Assembly: GCF_006345805.1 (NCBI RefSeq) | Contig: NC_043014.1 | Location: 5,952,001 to 6,016,000, forward strand | DNA: 64,000 nt | Reading direction: 5' to 3' | Source: Octopus sinensis | Lineage: Eukaryota | Shown here: positions 1 to 12,484 of the stretch, one piece after another | How the letters are laid out: the number at the start of each line of letters is the position of its first letter | How positions within the stretch are numbered: position 1 is the first letter of the stretch | The notes under the pieces: generated by a model | What the model saw: the letters and a program-made list of their open reading frames with translations, nothing else | The model's database searches: none | Told to the model about the DNA's origin: nothing | Position numbers and translations under genes: made by a program

Positions 1-135
1 TGAGTGTGTGCATGTGCGTGAGAGAGAGGGTGAGAGAGAAAGAAAGGCAATAAAAAGAGAGAATGAGAGTTATTAAAAGAGAACAAGAGAAAGACAAAAA
101 GAGAATGAGAGGTCAGAAATATAAAGTATACTAAC

Positions 136-210
136 CGTCATATACAAGGTTTGAATAAGGAGGACAAGTTGTTCTGCCCCATCGGGTATACAATGATCCG
201 AGACCGGGTT
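136..210 (-). CDS. Internal 75-nt exon of short-chain collagen C4-like gene, copy 1
   Basis: Acceptor tttcgcAG, donor G|GTTAGT, phase 1-1. Encodes (K)PGLGSLYTRWGRTTCPPYSNLVYDG, the YTRWGRxxCP motif that opens the C4-like domain. The last exon lies left of the window. Confidence 0.85.
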
Positions 211-609
211 CTGCGAAATTAAAATGAAATAATGTAGTTTAAAAGAAAGAATTTGGGGATCATTTACAAAGTAGATTGTTCAATTGGAAGGAATTGATGG
301 AGAAGAGAGAAATATAGAATTTAAGAAAGAACGAGTGAATGAATGAAAGTCAGAACGAAAGATGTAAATAATAAGAATAAATTGTAAAGAAAGAAAAAAG
401 ACGTTTGTCTGTTGAGCCTGTTGGTGACGTTGATGTCAAAGATTTGAGAGATTAATCTCAGAATATCAGAATGTGTATCGGTCTCCGCTATGAACGGATG
501 TATGTATGATGCGTAAACTTGGGTATGAGTATATATTCTTCTCAATAGAATAATGATAAAACTCAATAGAATAATGATAAAATATTCGCCAGGTGCGAAT
601 ATTCATCGG

Positions 610-2695
610 TCAATTCCAAATATCAGTTTGGATCTCGGCGCAAATAAGGCCATCATAACTACAATATGAAAATAACAACCATACCGCATCATTTGTCGAT
701 TTATTTAAAAGACCTCGCATCCGGATCTCGAGTAAAGGAGTCCGTTCGATAAATGTATAGCACAACACACCCAATACCGGTGCAACCAGCAAGAAGCCTG
801 CAACTTAATCTGGGGTGCGTGGGGTGGGGGCACAAAATTGACGGTCTCAGGACACCAAAGCAGATCCAGAAGGGAACAATCTTTAATAATTGAGAATTAA
901 AACATCAAAATTGTTAGATATAATCTGCCCGTAAGATATAATCGGTGTCTCCTCTACAAAATTTCGTTTCTCCGATAGCGTACACCTGGATATAGGCTTG
1001 AAACTCCACTACGCAACTGTGGTGCCAACAATGTCTGCACAGGTGGGATTAGGATACTCTCAATCCCCAGCTTTCGGATTGTATTATGGAGTGAAACCGA
1101 CTAGGTGTGAGGGTTCACCTCTTGAAGCTAAGGCTGAATATGAAGGACCACTGTGGCTGCTGTAAGTATACGCAGCAAACAGCGAGGTCAAATACAAATC
1201 CTTCCCAAGCAAATTCACCTCAGCTTTAGATATATTTGGGGTAAAGTCATTTGTCCTGCAAGGAGACTTCAGTGCACACCTTGGCACTGATAACCGTGAG
1301 AAGGATTGATTGGAAGGAATGTCGTCAGTGAACTTAATGGAGAGGTCATAGCAGCCTTCTGTGCAGGATACACACTCTCCTCTCTCTGGTATAGACATTA
1401 TTTTAAGACAGGGATATTTATAAGGGTGCCTGGTATAGAAATACTTGGTGACAGAGGTTTCTGATAGATTTCGGTCATCTTCCACTCTTTGCTGAACGTT
1501 CGGGTAAAAGGAGGGGTGGAGTTGTCAATTCGTCACTACCAAAATGTCTAAAAACCTGAAAATTCCTACAGTCTACCGAACACTGGAAATTGGTAAGTCC
1601 AGTGCGACCTACAGAATACAGTTGAAAGCCGAAGTTGATGCTGGGATCAGAAACGAAAATGTGGAGACTTTTGCATCCAATTTGAGAGTGACCCGCCTGA
1701 ATGAAGTTGGACATCGAAATGGATTCGTGATTGTATTATGTTTTTCGGCAGGTTCTTCTTCGTTTGAACGCTTATTTGAGCTAAATTCACTTAAAAATGA
1801 TAAAGCTGCTGGTGAAAAGCACGTTCGGCTTGATATTTTAGAAACCTTAAATACAGATGGTATTCTCTGAGTGACCCATGTACGCTAGGTGGATGGGACC
1901 TCTGGAAAAAACACCAAGGCAATGGTAATATGGGGTGACAATCACAACTTTTTCAAACAGAGACCAAAGAGTGTGTTCTAATTATAGAAAAGTCTACACT
2001 AGATGTCAGGAAACGATATGTAGGGAAATTGTCGCTCCAACGATTACTGTCCGTGACGCAGTACACCTGACCAGAGAGTCATTCAAAGACAGATCTTCCA
2101 ACAAACGTTGAAGCATTTCCAAGGTTTATACGCTGTAAACCACGAAAATGCACACGATCAGGTGCCCTGGGGCATGTTGTGGATTGTTTACCAGGAAGGT
2201 GAGTTTAATGGGCAAATACTAGTTGCCATAAAGTACTTATAAGGATGTTCAAATGTTTGTATTTATGTAAAAGTCGAAAGTTTTCAACGTGAAGGTTTCA
2301 CTTAGTTGAAGTGTGCATTGTTAGTGCCCCTTCTCACATTCTTTTTTGTGATCTGGTTGAATATGCGCAGCCATTGTGGTAGAGGTATCCCAATTCATCT
2401 CTACGTGATTTGTCGACTGTTATTTGTAGACGACATGCTGCTACCTGATTCGTCTGATGGTCACCAACAACGTGCACTGAATGGGTTGGCTGCCGAGTAC
2501 CCCAAGGCAGGATTGACAAATACGCACTGTGTAGGAAAGTGAAACATCATTATTTCGGGTGTCTATTCACGAATGATTGGAAGCACAAGAGTGGACAGAA
2601 TGCTGAATTGTAGATATAAACGCAGTGAAGCGCTACCTCGGGCATTTGATTCTCAGATGAAGAGGGCTTGGTACAATTATCGGCGTAGCACTGCA
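610..2695 (+). mobile_element. Degraded RTE-clade LINE in intron 2 of gene copy 1, antisense to the gene
   Basis: Plus-strand frames give APE endonuclease motifs (DIIGVSSTK..., SFVLQGDFSAHLGTD) and RT motifs (CALLVPLL...RLLFVDDMLL...QRALNG), with many stops and frameshifts. Homologous copies at 20890-22815 and 46745-47260. Confidence 0.8.
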
Positions 2696-2924
2696 TATGT
2701 ACTCATATACACACAATAAACGGTATAGTATATTAGAGTAACATTTTGTTTAGGAAATTTTTGTAAAGTAGAACATATTTTGAAATAAATTCAGTCAAGT
2801 GTCTTAGTATATATTATTGTGGAAGTATGGATAATAATGTGGAACTAATTCAAAGTTTTGAAATTATAAATCATTAGTTAATGAGTCACGGGTAAAAGAC
2901 TTTAGCCATAAAATTAGTTCTTAC

Positions 2925-2973
2925 TTGGTGTGGCATCAGGTTTATCGAAAGATTTCTTGGAGATGAAACGGTT
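2925..2973 (-). CDS. Exon 2 (49 nt) of gene copy 1
   Basis: Acceptor ttttttaacAG, donor A|GTAAGA, phase 0-1. Encodes NRFISKKSFDKPDATP and is frame-compatible with exon 1 and the 75-nt exon. Confidence 0.7.
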
Positions 2974-3074
2974 CTGTTAAAAAATAGAAATAGCATCATA
3001 TAAATAGAACTTCAGGGTATTTATAATCGTTTAGAACTTAAAACAATGCAATCGATGACAACATATTCGGACAG

Positions 3075-3490
3075 GCATCATTGCCAAAACTACCATCTCA
3101 ACCCCTTAGGAATCTTCTAGAAGGCGCTTCAATGCAGTCAAACGATTTTCTGAACAATATCAGACAATACAACTCTGCATTTCAAATGACGTCGTTTGGT
3201 GAATCTAAAAAGATAGATAAACATGAATTTACGCCGACGTCAAAGTTCAAGGGCAAGTCTATCTCCTCATTGGTTCCCTGGTACCCGCAAATGAACAATC
3301 ACAGTTGCTCCAAATTTACTCTATGAGTGATGTAGGACAACAATCCCGACGTGAAGTTTCAAAATTTCCGATGATGGGTCGTGTTAGACAGCGCACACTG
3401 CTGCAAAGGAGAGTATATCCACTGACAGCATTTCGGTGCGTTCAAAAATCACACAAACCCCACCTCCAATTTTGCAAGACAGGTTAGGGC
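3075..3490 (+). mobile_element. Helitron RepHel N-terminal fragment
   Basis: LPKLPSQPLRNLL...FLNNIRQYNSAFQMTSFG and, across a frameshift, KVQGQVY.LIGSL...LLQIY; these are typical Helitron Rep-region motifs. Confidence 0.8.
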
Positions 3491-3820
3491 ATGAAACACT
3501 CCAAACGGACGCATAGCATGTTGCTTAGTGGAATTAGCGCAGCATTTACTCTACAAATGTTTTGTTGTCAATGTTGCATTTTCCCATATCACCTGTTTCA
3601 AAATGACTGGAATATATTATATACCAACTTTGCCATTTTAATCCCCAGCAATGCCGGGTATGTCTGCTTGTACACACACACACACACATATATACACACA
3701 CACATATATACACACACAAATATATCTACATATAGATATATATATATTTATATATATATACATACAAACTCACATGGATATATATATATATATATATATA
3801 TATACGCATATGTATCTCTC

Positions 3821-4124
3821 CGTGATCACCGTGACCGACCAGGCTATCAGTTGTTGCTACACATCGCTGGTTACAATGCGCTTCGCACTGTTTTAGCCTT
3901 CAAATGACGCCACCCCACTGGCTAAGCGAGCAGGACAACATAAGAAACACAAAAAGTTGTAGCGAAAGAGTACAGCAGAGATCACCGCAACCCACTCCCT
4001 GAGCCTCTTGGAGCTTCAGGTGTTTTCGCTCAATAAACACTCACAACGCCCGGTCGGGGAATCGAAACCGCGACCCTACAACCGTGAGTCCGCTGCCCTA
4101 ACCACTGGGCCACTGCGCCTCCAC
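3821..4124 (-). mobile_element. tRNA-derived SINE (family A)
   Basis: Minus strand starts GTGGAGGCGCAGTGGCCCAGTGG (A box) with GGTTTCGATTCC (B box). Near copy at 53371-53667. Confidence 0.85.
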
Positions 4125-4809
4125 ACACGCACACAAACACACACACAGACACACACACACACACACATATATATATAAATACATATCAATATATACGTAT
4201 GCACGTATACTTCGGCATACACACCATAAATATCACAAATATACGTATCTACATATACGCATACACACACACAAACGCACACATATATGTGAGTGGACAT
4301 ACACTGTATAGCGTGATTGTTCGTGTACAATTGAGCACGTGTGTCTATGTGCGGGCGTATGTGTGTGTGTTTGTGATTATTTGTGCGTGTGTTTGTCCGT
4401 GTGTCTGTGTGTATGTATTTACATTCGTTCTTACATATTGTCATATATAAAAACCAACGTGAATTACAGTCAGACATTACGAAATTCACCGATCTACATT
4501 GGCAATCGCACGTTTTATTTTAAGTTGGAAAGAAAAGATTTTAAAAAACTCGCCTCACTTCCGTTCCTGATGGAGAGAAGTAGATAAATGTGTGTAAATA
4601 TGTACGTATTCCTATATGTGCGTGTGTGTGGGTTTGTATGTGTCTGTTTCTGTACGTGTGCGCAAGTGTACATCTAGATATAATACTTAACACTAATATT
4701 AATAGGGCTAAACGTTGCAGCGAATGGGCATGGCCATGCTAGAACCCCACAATAAAATTTTTTTTCATTACGCACTTATTTCGGTAAAATTACAGAGTAA
4801 CACCCGCAC

Positions 4810-5050
4810 GATTTTCACTAAGAAAAAAAAAACGCGGATTTTTAGTGTGGAATCAAGTACCCTGACCTCCTAATATGCTGCAAATCCCATATTCTGGTTC
4901 GGAAGGGAGAGCTACCCCCCACCCCGTATTTTCACTAAGGAAAAGTTTTTTTTTTTTTTTAATTCGGATTTTTTGCGTGGAATCAAGTACTCTGACCTCC
5001 TTAACCTAACATGCTGCATATCCCTTATTTTGATTCGGAAAAGGGGGGGG
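4810..5050. repeat. Two diverged ~120-bp direct repeats
   Basis: ttttcactaag...gtggaatcaagtac.ctgacctcc...atgctgca.atccc...ttcggaa occurs twice in tandem. Confidence 0.7.
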
Positions 5051-5581
5051 ACTGGATTTTTTTTTTTCGTTGAATGAATTCCTGTGACATGCTAACATAA
5101 CCCATCCCAACAAGGTAGAAAACCCTTTTTGCGGTTCGAAAAATGGAGTGGGGTCAGGTGGAATCCTCGGAAGTTTCACCCACTCCCAACATTTTAGAGA
5201 AATAAAATTTCCTGGGTGTTAATTACATAGTTCGTTATTAAATATATATAGAAATTGTGTACATATATATATACAGATTAACTAACCCCATTAAATAGGG
5301 GATAAGAATTATAAAGCCATTATCTCACTTATACCGGAAGAAATCGCTTTTTACCCCCCCCCCCTACCTGGAACTCTTCTTTGCACTGCATATCGAAGAC
5401 ATAACACGATGTAGGTAAAGACATTTGAGAAATTTGAAAAGTTAACACGAAACCGGTAATTTCTTCAAAAACTATGTTACTGTATAAAACATTTTATAAC
5501 ATTCTTCTAAAATTACGACTTAAATATATTCTTTGACTTTATAAAACAAGCCTCCTGTAGTTTTTTCACTCTTTTCTATTT

Positions 5582-5612
<31 letters not shown>

Positions 5613-5651
5613 TATATATATTTTATATATATGTATGTATGTATGTATGTA

Positions 5652-5709
<58 letters not shown>

Positions 5710-5722
5710 GTATGTATATATG

Positions 5723-5765
<43 letters not shown>

Positions 5766-5805
5766 ATATATGGTATATATGTATGTATGTATGTATATAT
5801 ATATG

Positions 5806-5866
<61 letters not shown>

Positions 5867-5905
5867 TGTATGTTATATATATGTATATAATATATATATA
5901 TATAA

Positions 5906-5972
<67 letters not shown>

Positions 5973-5979
5973 ATATATG

Positions 5980-6025
<46 letters not shown>

Positions 6026-6103
6026 ATATATATAGTAGGTCCCGGGTTGATTCGGGGTTAACCACAGTAAATAAGGTACTCAATACATAGCAGAGTAAAA
6101 TTA

Positions 6104-6136
<33 letters not shown>
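5582..6136. repeat. Compound (AT)n/(ATGT)n microsatellite with a short embedded island at 6034-6107
   Basis: Direct reading; it produces the spurious poly-YI ORFs. Confidence 0.95.
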
Positions 6137-6139
<3 letters not shown>

Positions 6140-6259
6140 AAGGACTTCACTACCTCATATGTTCTTAAAATTTAAATCCACATCTTTGTCTGTATATCTA
6201 CCGTCTCTATAATGTTGCCACTTGATTTGAAAACTTTTGTATTAATGGAAAACCTCTAG

Positions 6260-6350
6260 AATTGGCTGATGAGTACTCAGCATCTTAAATCTATTGTAAT
6301 ACTTACAACATTTAATAAAATGATGTAGTGCGAAACGATCGTACCAAATT
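6260..6350 (+). ncRNA. Type I hammerhead ribozyme, Penelope-like minimal type with palindromic stem III
   Basis: Stem I UUGG(6262-65)/CCAA(6344-47). Core CUGAUGA 6266-72. Stem II GUACU/AGUGC plus an extension. GAAA 6332-35. Stem III ACGAUCGU. Cleavage triplet GUA 6341-43. Confidence 0.75.
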
Positions 6351-6388
6351 ACCGGAGTCATTCTTGTTGCATATTTTGATTATATATG

Positions 6389-6420
<32 letters not shown>

Positions 6421-6457
6421 AACGCACGTATATATAAACATATATATATATACATAT

Positions 6458-6769
6458 ACAGGCAAAACAGGTTGCTTGACCGCATACCGAAAAAATAGAA
6501 ATAGCAGTCAAGAATGCTTATTTCTATCAAAGTTGGACTCCGGGCATGACAGACCCTGTAATTCACATATGCAAAACAGAAGGAATAGATAACGAATACG
6601 AAGTCACACAGATAACTGCCAGACTTCGTATTCGTTATTTATTCCTTCTGTTTTGCATATGTGAATTACAGGGTCTGTCATGCCCGGAGTCCAACTTTGA
6701 TAGAAATAAGCATTCTTGACTGCTATTTCTATTTTTTCGGTATGCGGTCAAGCAACCTGTTTTGCCTGT
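6458..6769. repeat. Near-perfect inverted repeat, 148-bp arms with a 16-nt loop
   Basis: 6458-6605 is the reverse complement of 6622-6769 with one mismatch seen. Loop is acacagataactgcca. Confidence 0.95.
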
Positions 6770-7455
6770 CCCTTTTTCTTATATACAATATATATACTGA
6801 ACTTTACAGAAGTTCCTGCCGGTAATCGGCTATATTTACATACCGAATTCTACCAGTAAATAATTGGGGTTTTTTTTAAAGCCTTTACAGAAATTATTTA
6901 CTCTTATCTTTATATATACATATACATATACATATATATATATATTTATGTTTATGTATATATATGTGTGTATGTGTGTGTTTGATCATGTGTGTATGTG
7001 TGTACGTGTGTGTTTGAGAGTATTCTTAAGAATTATAATAAACTTAACGCGTTAAATGGTCGTCAATAGGTTTTCTCCGAAATTTGTCTCTTTCACCTGT
7101 TAACTACTGGAAAATTGGATCTCCCTGTCTGTTGCTTAGGCTTTATCCGGTCTGTAAGATTTGTTTCATCCCCTAGTTCGGAGGAGAAAACCCGTCTTCA
7201 TTCACATTTTTTAATGTTAAGACTTTCATCTAGAATTTTGAGCCTTTCCTCACGTCCGCCACGTAGAAAGATTAAAATTTCTTTTCTCTTTGAGCACAAT
7301 CTGTCGAACTGTCCAAAGGGCTTTGGCTTCGTAGATGAGGAATTTTGCTCAACTCTACGCCCAAAATATATATTTTTGTTGTAATATAGACATATATGTA
7401 CACATATATAACTATATTTTACTAAAAAGCAGTAAAAATGTCACCTAAACTGTTA

Positions 7456-7556
7456 CTCAGAGTTTTCCGTTCCCGTTCGTCGGAAGATTTGTTTAGAATT
7501 GACTCTAATTGATTCTAAACAAAACTGTCCGTCGAACGGAAACGTGAGACTCTGAG
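7456..7556. other. ~100-nt imperfect hairpin (pre-miRNA-like or decayed MITE)
   Basis: Pairings ctcagagt/actctgag, cgtt/aacg, ccgttcg/cgaacgg, cgga/tccg and tttgtttagaat/attctaaacaaa around a ~12-nt loop. Confidence 0.6.
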
Positions 7557-7693
7557 GAACGATTTTTTTGGTGATATTTTTGCTGCTTTTTAATAAAGCA
7601 TATTTCTCCACCTCTGTTATTCGAGTACTATTCTTTCCACCTTGTACCGCATTTCTGTACTTACTCTGGTGTACACACACACACACACACACA

Positions 7694-7739
<46 letters not shown>

Positions 7740-8179
7740 TAGGTATCTATACATAATTATAGTTATATACACAAGATATATAAACTACAAATATCACAAA
7801 TATATGTATATGCATTATCTACATATATGCATACACACACACCCCTATATGAGTTATTATACTGTTTAGTGTGTTTGTGTGTGAGTGTGAGTGAGTGTAT
7901 GTGTGTATGTGTGTGTGCATGTAAATATGTATGTGTGTGGGTATGTACGTCTACATATAACTATGCATGAATTCCTTTTGTGTGTGCGCGTGTGTGTATA
8001 TATGATACAGAACGTAACAGGTTGCAGCGAGAGAGTGTGGCCATGCTGGAGCAGAAATTTTAGTGCTATTCTCTCATTACGCACTTATGTCCCGCTCCAG
8101 GAATATCCGTGTTGAAGCTGCGATCAGAAAGCAGTGCAATTCCTCTTTTCTTTGTGTTCCCTAGGGATACACTCTGAAG

Positions 8180-8410
<231 letters not shown>

Positions 8411-8639
8411 CATAATAAATGTAAGATAAAATTTTTCTAAAAAAATTCTAACAAATGGCATATTATAAAATACCTTAAAAGGTTAAATTTATAAATAATT
8501 TATAATTCAGGGCAAAAGAAAAAAATTGTAATGCCAAAATATGTCGAAAATAGACACATCAATAACCATAAATTATCTATCTATCTGTCTGTCTATCTAT
8601 CTATCATCTATCTATCTATATATATATTATATATATAAT

Positions 8640-8708
<69 letters not shown>

Positions 8709-8789
8709 CGACCTATCTACCTACCTATCTATCTGTCTATCAATCGGCATTCAAAAACAATATACATATACATCTCTCTTTGTTGCGTT

Positions 8790-9290
8790 TTGTCCCCTTT
8801 TTCTCTCTCTCTCTTTCTTTTCTTTTCCCTCTTCTCTGTCACGTGACTGTTGGCCGAAATCTGCCTTTCAGCTCCTGACTTTCGTCGTGTTAACATCGTT
8901 GTTCCTCGTCCGCCGCTATAAAGGCTTTTTCCAATGCGCCAGAGAAAAAATTTGTTTGCTTGTTATCAGTCGTAAGACACTTGTTGTTTTCACCGTTAAT
9001 GCTTCTGTATTCCATTATTGTTTTTTGTTTTTTTTATATCTGTCCTTTTACTGTCCTGGTGTTCGTATGCATTCGATCCTTCTTCCAGGAAATCTACGCT
9101 TCCAGCTTAGTTTTTCTTGGAGGGCTGGCCGTGATCTAGTAATCTCAAGATTAATCAGCCGAAATTACTACGATGATCCGGTTCTTGACTGAAGACTGAG
9201 GGGTTCGAATGTCCTGTCCTTGTTTATTGTATCGTCTTCTATGAGTTATACGTTCTTGTCCATGTTGTATTTTTCTACATACCTTAATAT
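8790..9290. repeat. Dispersed repeat, homologous to 45000-45470
   Basis: Shared core cattcgatcctt.ttcca.gaaatcta...gatctcaagattaatcagccgaaatt...gatgatccggttcttgactgaaga. Class unknown. Confidence 0.75.
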
Positions 9291-9297
9291 ACATATG

Positions 9298-9333
<36 letters not shown>

Positions 9334-9584
9334 TATATATAAAATAGGTGTGTGTGTGTGTGTGTGTGTTCAAATATATATGTATATATATAAGTTTGTG
9401 TATATGCATATACATCCCTATCTGCCTGTGAATGCGCGTGCATATGCATACACTCGGGCGCACAAACACACAAACAAGGACCCCTCACACACACACACAC
9501 GCTGATATGTTTCCTGCATTTGCACTCGAAATATAGCAAGGCCTATGCTTACACATTCCCCTAAAAACAAAATTCATTACTTAC

Positions 9585-9728
9585 TGCTTGTGATTTCTCT
9601 TCCATTTTTCCAATTCTTGAATTTTGGTGAAGATTCGTTATGGTGAGAACGAGTAGAAACCCAAAAGTTATGAGGGAAGAAATGGAAAAACGCTGCGAAA
9701 TATTCCGAGACAGCTGCGCCAAATCCAT
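9585..9728 (-). CDS. Exon 1 of gene copy 1 (N-terminus with signal-anchor helix)
   Basis: ATG at 9728. MDLAQLSRNISQRFSISSLITFGFLLVLTITNLHQNSRIGKMEEKSQA, followed by a perfect phase-0 donor GTAAGT. Paralogous exons at 25730-25873 and 58585-58728. Confidence 0.8.
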
Positions 9729-9779
9729 TATGGTGATAGTTGTCGTTGGTACGTGATATTGCGCTTTCGTTCAACAATT

Positions 9780-10000
9780 CATCGAATATGAGATCTAAAC
9801 TGAAGGTCTCAACCTATTTATTTACCGAGCACAGAATCACTCGGCTCTGCCGTCAATCGTATCATAAATCTATGAACCAATGAGACTGCTAGAACTGAAT
9901 ATGTGGGTGTGAACTTATTTGACTGGTGTAATTATTGGATAGAAATGGCTTGCTGACGTGGCACGTTACTTGCGAAAATATTTTTATGACATTGGCATAA
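9780..10000 (-). promoter_or_regulatory. Putative proximal promoter of gene copy 1
   Basis: Blocks tccaataatt, ataagttcacac and cattggttcata are conserved upstream of all three exon-1 copies. Confidence 0.45.
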
Positions 10001-10649
10001 ACTTGTAAAATGAGAGCACGGTTTCAATTTAAAGGCGGATTATGATTTATTTCCGAATGGTTTTATTATTTGCTTTTTGTGGAAACCTGTCGACGAAGCA
10101 GTTTTGATATTCAGTGAGGGAACTACTTTGTGTACGATATATAACTTATTGCCGTCCACTGTTATTCGAAGTTTGTTCCTAACATCTTCAGAATAAAATT
10201 TCATTCCAGATAATAAATTTACTTACTGTTAATATAATTAACAGAGTGTGTGTGTGTGTGTGTGTATGCGTCTGTGTGTGTGTGTGAGAGAGAGTGTGTG
10301 TGTGTGTATGTGTGTTTGATATATTTAACAAAAAGTTCTTGTGTGACACACACACACACATACATACATACACACACAAACATATGCACACACACAGGCA
10401 CAAACAAAAACACAAACACACAGAAACATATACACACACATACACACAAACAAACGAACACACACACACACACACTCGCACAAACACACACACGCAGAAA
10501 CACACACAAACACACACGCACACAAACATATTTCACACACATACACACACAAACAAACACACACACGTATACACATAAGACACACACCTATACATACATA
10601 TAGATATTCTGTATGTATATATATATTCTTCAATTCTTTTCTTTTATTC

Positions 10650-10830
10650 CTTTACATTTTGAATGCGGCTATGCTGGGGCACCGCATTTATTCGAAGAAA
10701 TCGGCCACATAACTCATTCTTTATAAGCCTAGCACTTATTTTATCGTTCTCTTTGTCAAACCGCTACGTTGCTGGAAAGTAAACACACTAACGTCAGCTG
10801 TTAAATGATGGTTGGGGAACTTTTACATGT
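10650..10830 (-). mobile_element. Degenerate 3' part of a family B SINE
   Basis: gcggctatgctggggcaccgc...cttattttatcg...aaccgcta...gtaaacacac resembles 52168-52581. Confidence 0.65.
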
Positions 10831-11074
10831 ACATATTTATGTATATACATAAAAGAAATCCGTCATATATATATAATTTAAAATGGGGGTAAGTAATTGG
10901 ATATTAATTTAATTAACATCAATTTAACAGCAGTGGTCTAGCATATTGACATCTGAAGGTTATGTAATTTGTATAATATATATATGAGAGGGAAGACCAC
11001 TATGTGGACATCTCTTATGCTAGAAGTTGATCCGCTATGGTCTTACCACCAAGAAATTTTCTCAAGAAAAATTC

Positions 11075-11260
11075 TTGTAAGTGGATTTGGTAGACGGAAA
11101 CAGAAAGGGGCCCAACGTGTATATATATATATAAAGAGCGACAGAATATATACTAAGCTTACAAATAATAATTCTTGGGCTCGATCTTTTCGAGCAAAAG
11201 CAGTGCTCCAGCATGTCCGCGGTGAAATGACTGAAACATGTAAAAGAATAAAATAAAAGA
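11075..11260 (+). mobile_element. Internally deleted family B SINE fragment
   Basis: gtggatttggtagacggaaac...gcagtgctccagcatg...atgactgaaacatgtaaaagaataaa. Confidence 0.65.
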
Positions 11261-11292
11261 ATATATTCATGCATGCATATATATAATATATA

Positions 11293-11351
<59 letters not shown>

Positions 11352-11368
11352 GGGGGGGGGGTGTTTGT

Positions 11369-11597
11369 GTGGAGGCGCGTGGTTTGGGTGTCGGCATCAT
11401 GATCGTAAGATTGTGGTTTCGATCCCTGTGCCGGGCGACGCGTTGTGTTCTTGAGCAAAACTTTTCATTTCACGTTGCTCCATTCCTCTCCTCTGGCAAA
11501 AATGAGTAAGGCTGCGATGTATTGGCGGAACACATACGCCATTGAAACCGGAAAACCGGGCTCATGACCCTGGCTAGGATTTAAAAGGGTGCATTTA
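11369..11597 (+). mobile_element. tRNA-derived SINE, degenerate
   Basis: Head gtggaggcgcgtgg with B box ggtttcgatccc, followed by gtgttcttgagcaaaac. Confidence 0.7.
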
Positions 11598-11606
11598 CTA
11601 TTTCAT

Positions 11607-11637
<31 letters not shown>

Positions 11638-12229
11638 TATATATAGAGAGAGAGAGAGAGGAGCGAGAGAGAGAGAGGAGAGAAGAGCCACATATCATTA
11701 CCCACACACACTCACACATTCTTTAATAGCAGTACCACACCTACTCTTTTACATGCACTCACACATACACTCAACCTCATGCTCACTCCGACACCCACAC
11801 AAACACATGATACCTGAAAATAGACAACATATACACACACGCGCAACATACATAAACACGCGCAACCTGCACAGACACAGGTGACATTCGCCCACAATGC
11901 ATACACAATACACCATACACAGGTACACTCTCTGGTTATAGACACATACATACACAGGCACACGCATCGCCTGAAAAAGCACACATCATATGCTACACAC
12001 AACACACACACGTTAGCCCTATTCATACGTCCATACGCATACTCACACACACATGCACACGTACACACACACACACACACACACACCTACCTACTCACAC
12101 GCTGCCATTCACATATACACACTCACACGCACCATTCACACACGCTTGCGCACCTTAGTTCGTTTGGATCATAGTTACACTTGCCATTTTCATATACACT
12201 CAACAGATTAGACTTTTGGTAAAGAATTA

Positions 12230-12428
12230 GTCCTAACATCGGGTTATAAGGAACCTTCGATCTCAAGAACCCTCCTACCCGACTACAACAAGTAACCTTA
12301 TAAAACAGTTTTCTGAAGCTGTACGAAACAGTGTTTCATGCCTTTTTTCCTCTCTCCAGCTCTTCAGATCTTTCGGGATAGTCAACTATCTAGACAATTT
12401 CTATTCTCTTTATCTACTACTACTACTG

Positions 12429-12484
<56 letters not shown>

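Noticed and set aside
321-566. ORF HSDILRLISQ..DINV.NRLNRQ, conserved in gene copies 1-3, as an extra exon
   Set aside because: No conserved donor, a stop codon in copy 3, and the gene model is already in frame without it. Treated as duplicated intron.
540-581. 21-bp direct repeat ctcaatagaataatgataaaa x2
   Set aside because: Only two adjacent units with no spacers; simple slippage, not a CRISPR-like array.
1084-1870. ORFs of 133, 79 and 108 aa as host genes
   Set aside because: They are antisense or off-frame readings of the degraded RTE element.
3821-4124. tRNA genes at SINE heads
   Set aside because: A and B boxes are present but there is no complete cloverleaf and they continue into repeat bodies.
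5391-5462. Possible hammerhead (tcgaaga...gttaacacGAAACCGGTA)
   Set aside because: Stem III palindrome is present but the CUGA core and stem II pairing are not recoverable.
5635-6090. Long YI/HT/CV/LSIY-rich ORFs here and throughout the window
   Set aside because: Translations of (AT)n, (AC)n and (TATC)n microsatellites.
7060-7384. Non-repetitive block with a ~60-codon open frame on the minus strand
   Set aside because: No recognisable motif or convincing splice sites; left unannotated.
9150-9215. Type II hammerhead in the dispersed repeat (gccGAAA...atc...CTGAAGA), also at ~45345-45385
   Set aside because: Stem I does not pair and stem II is out of register with the core.
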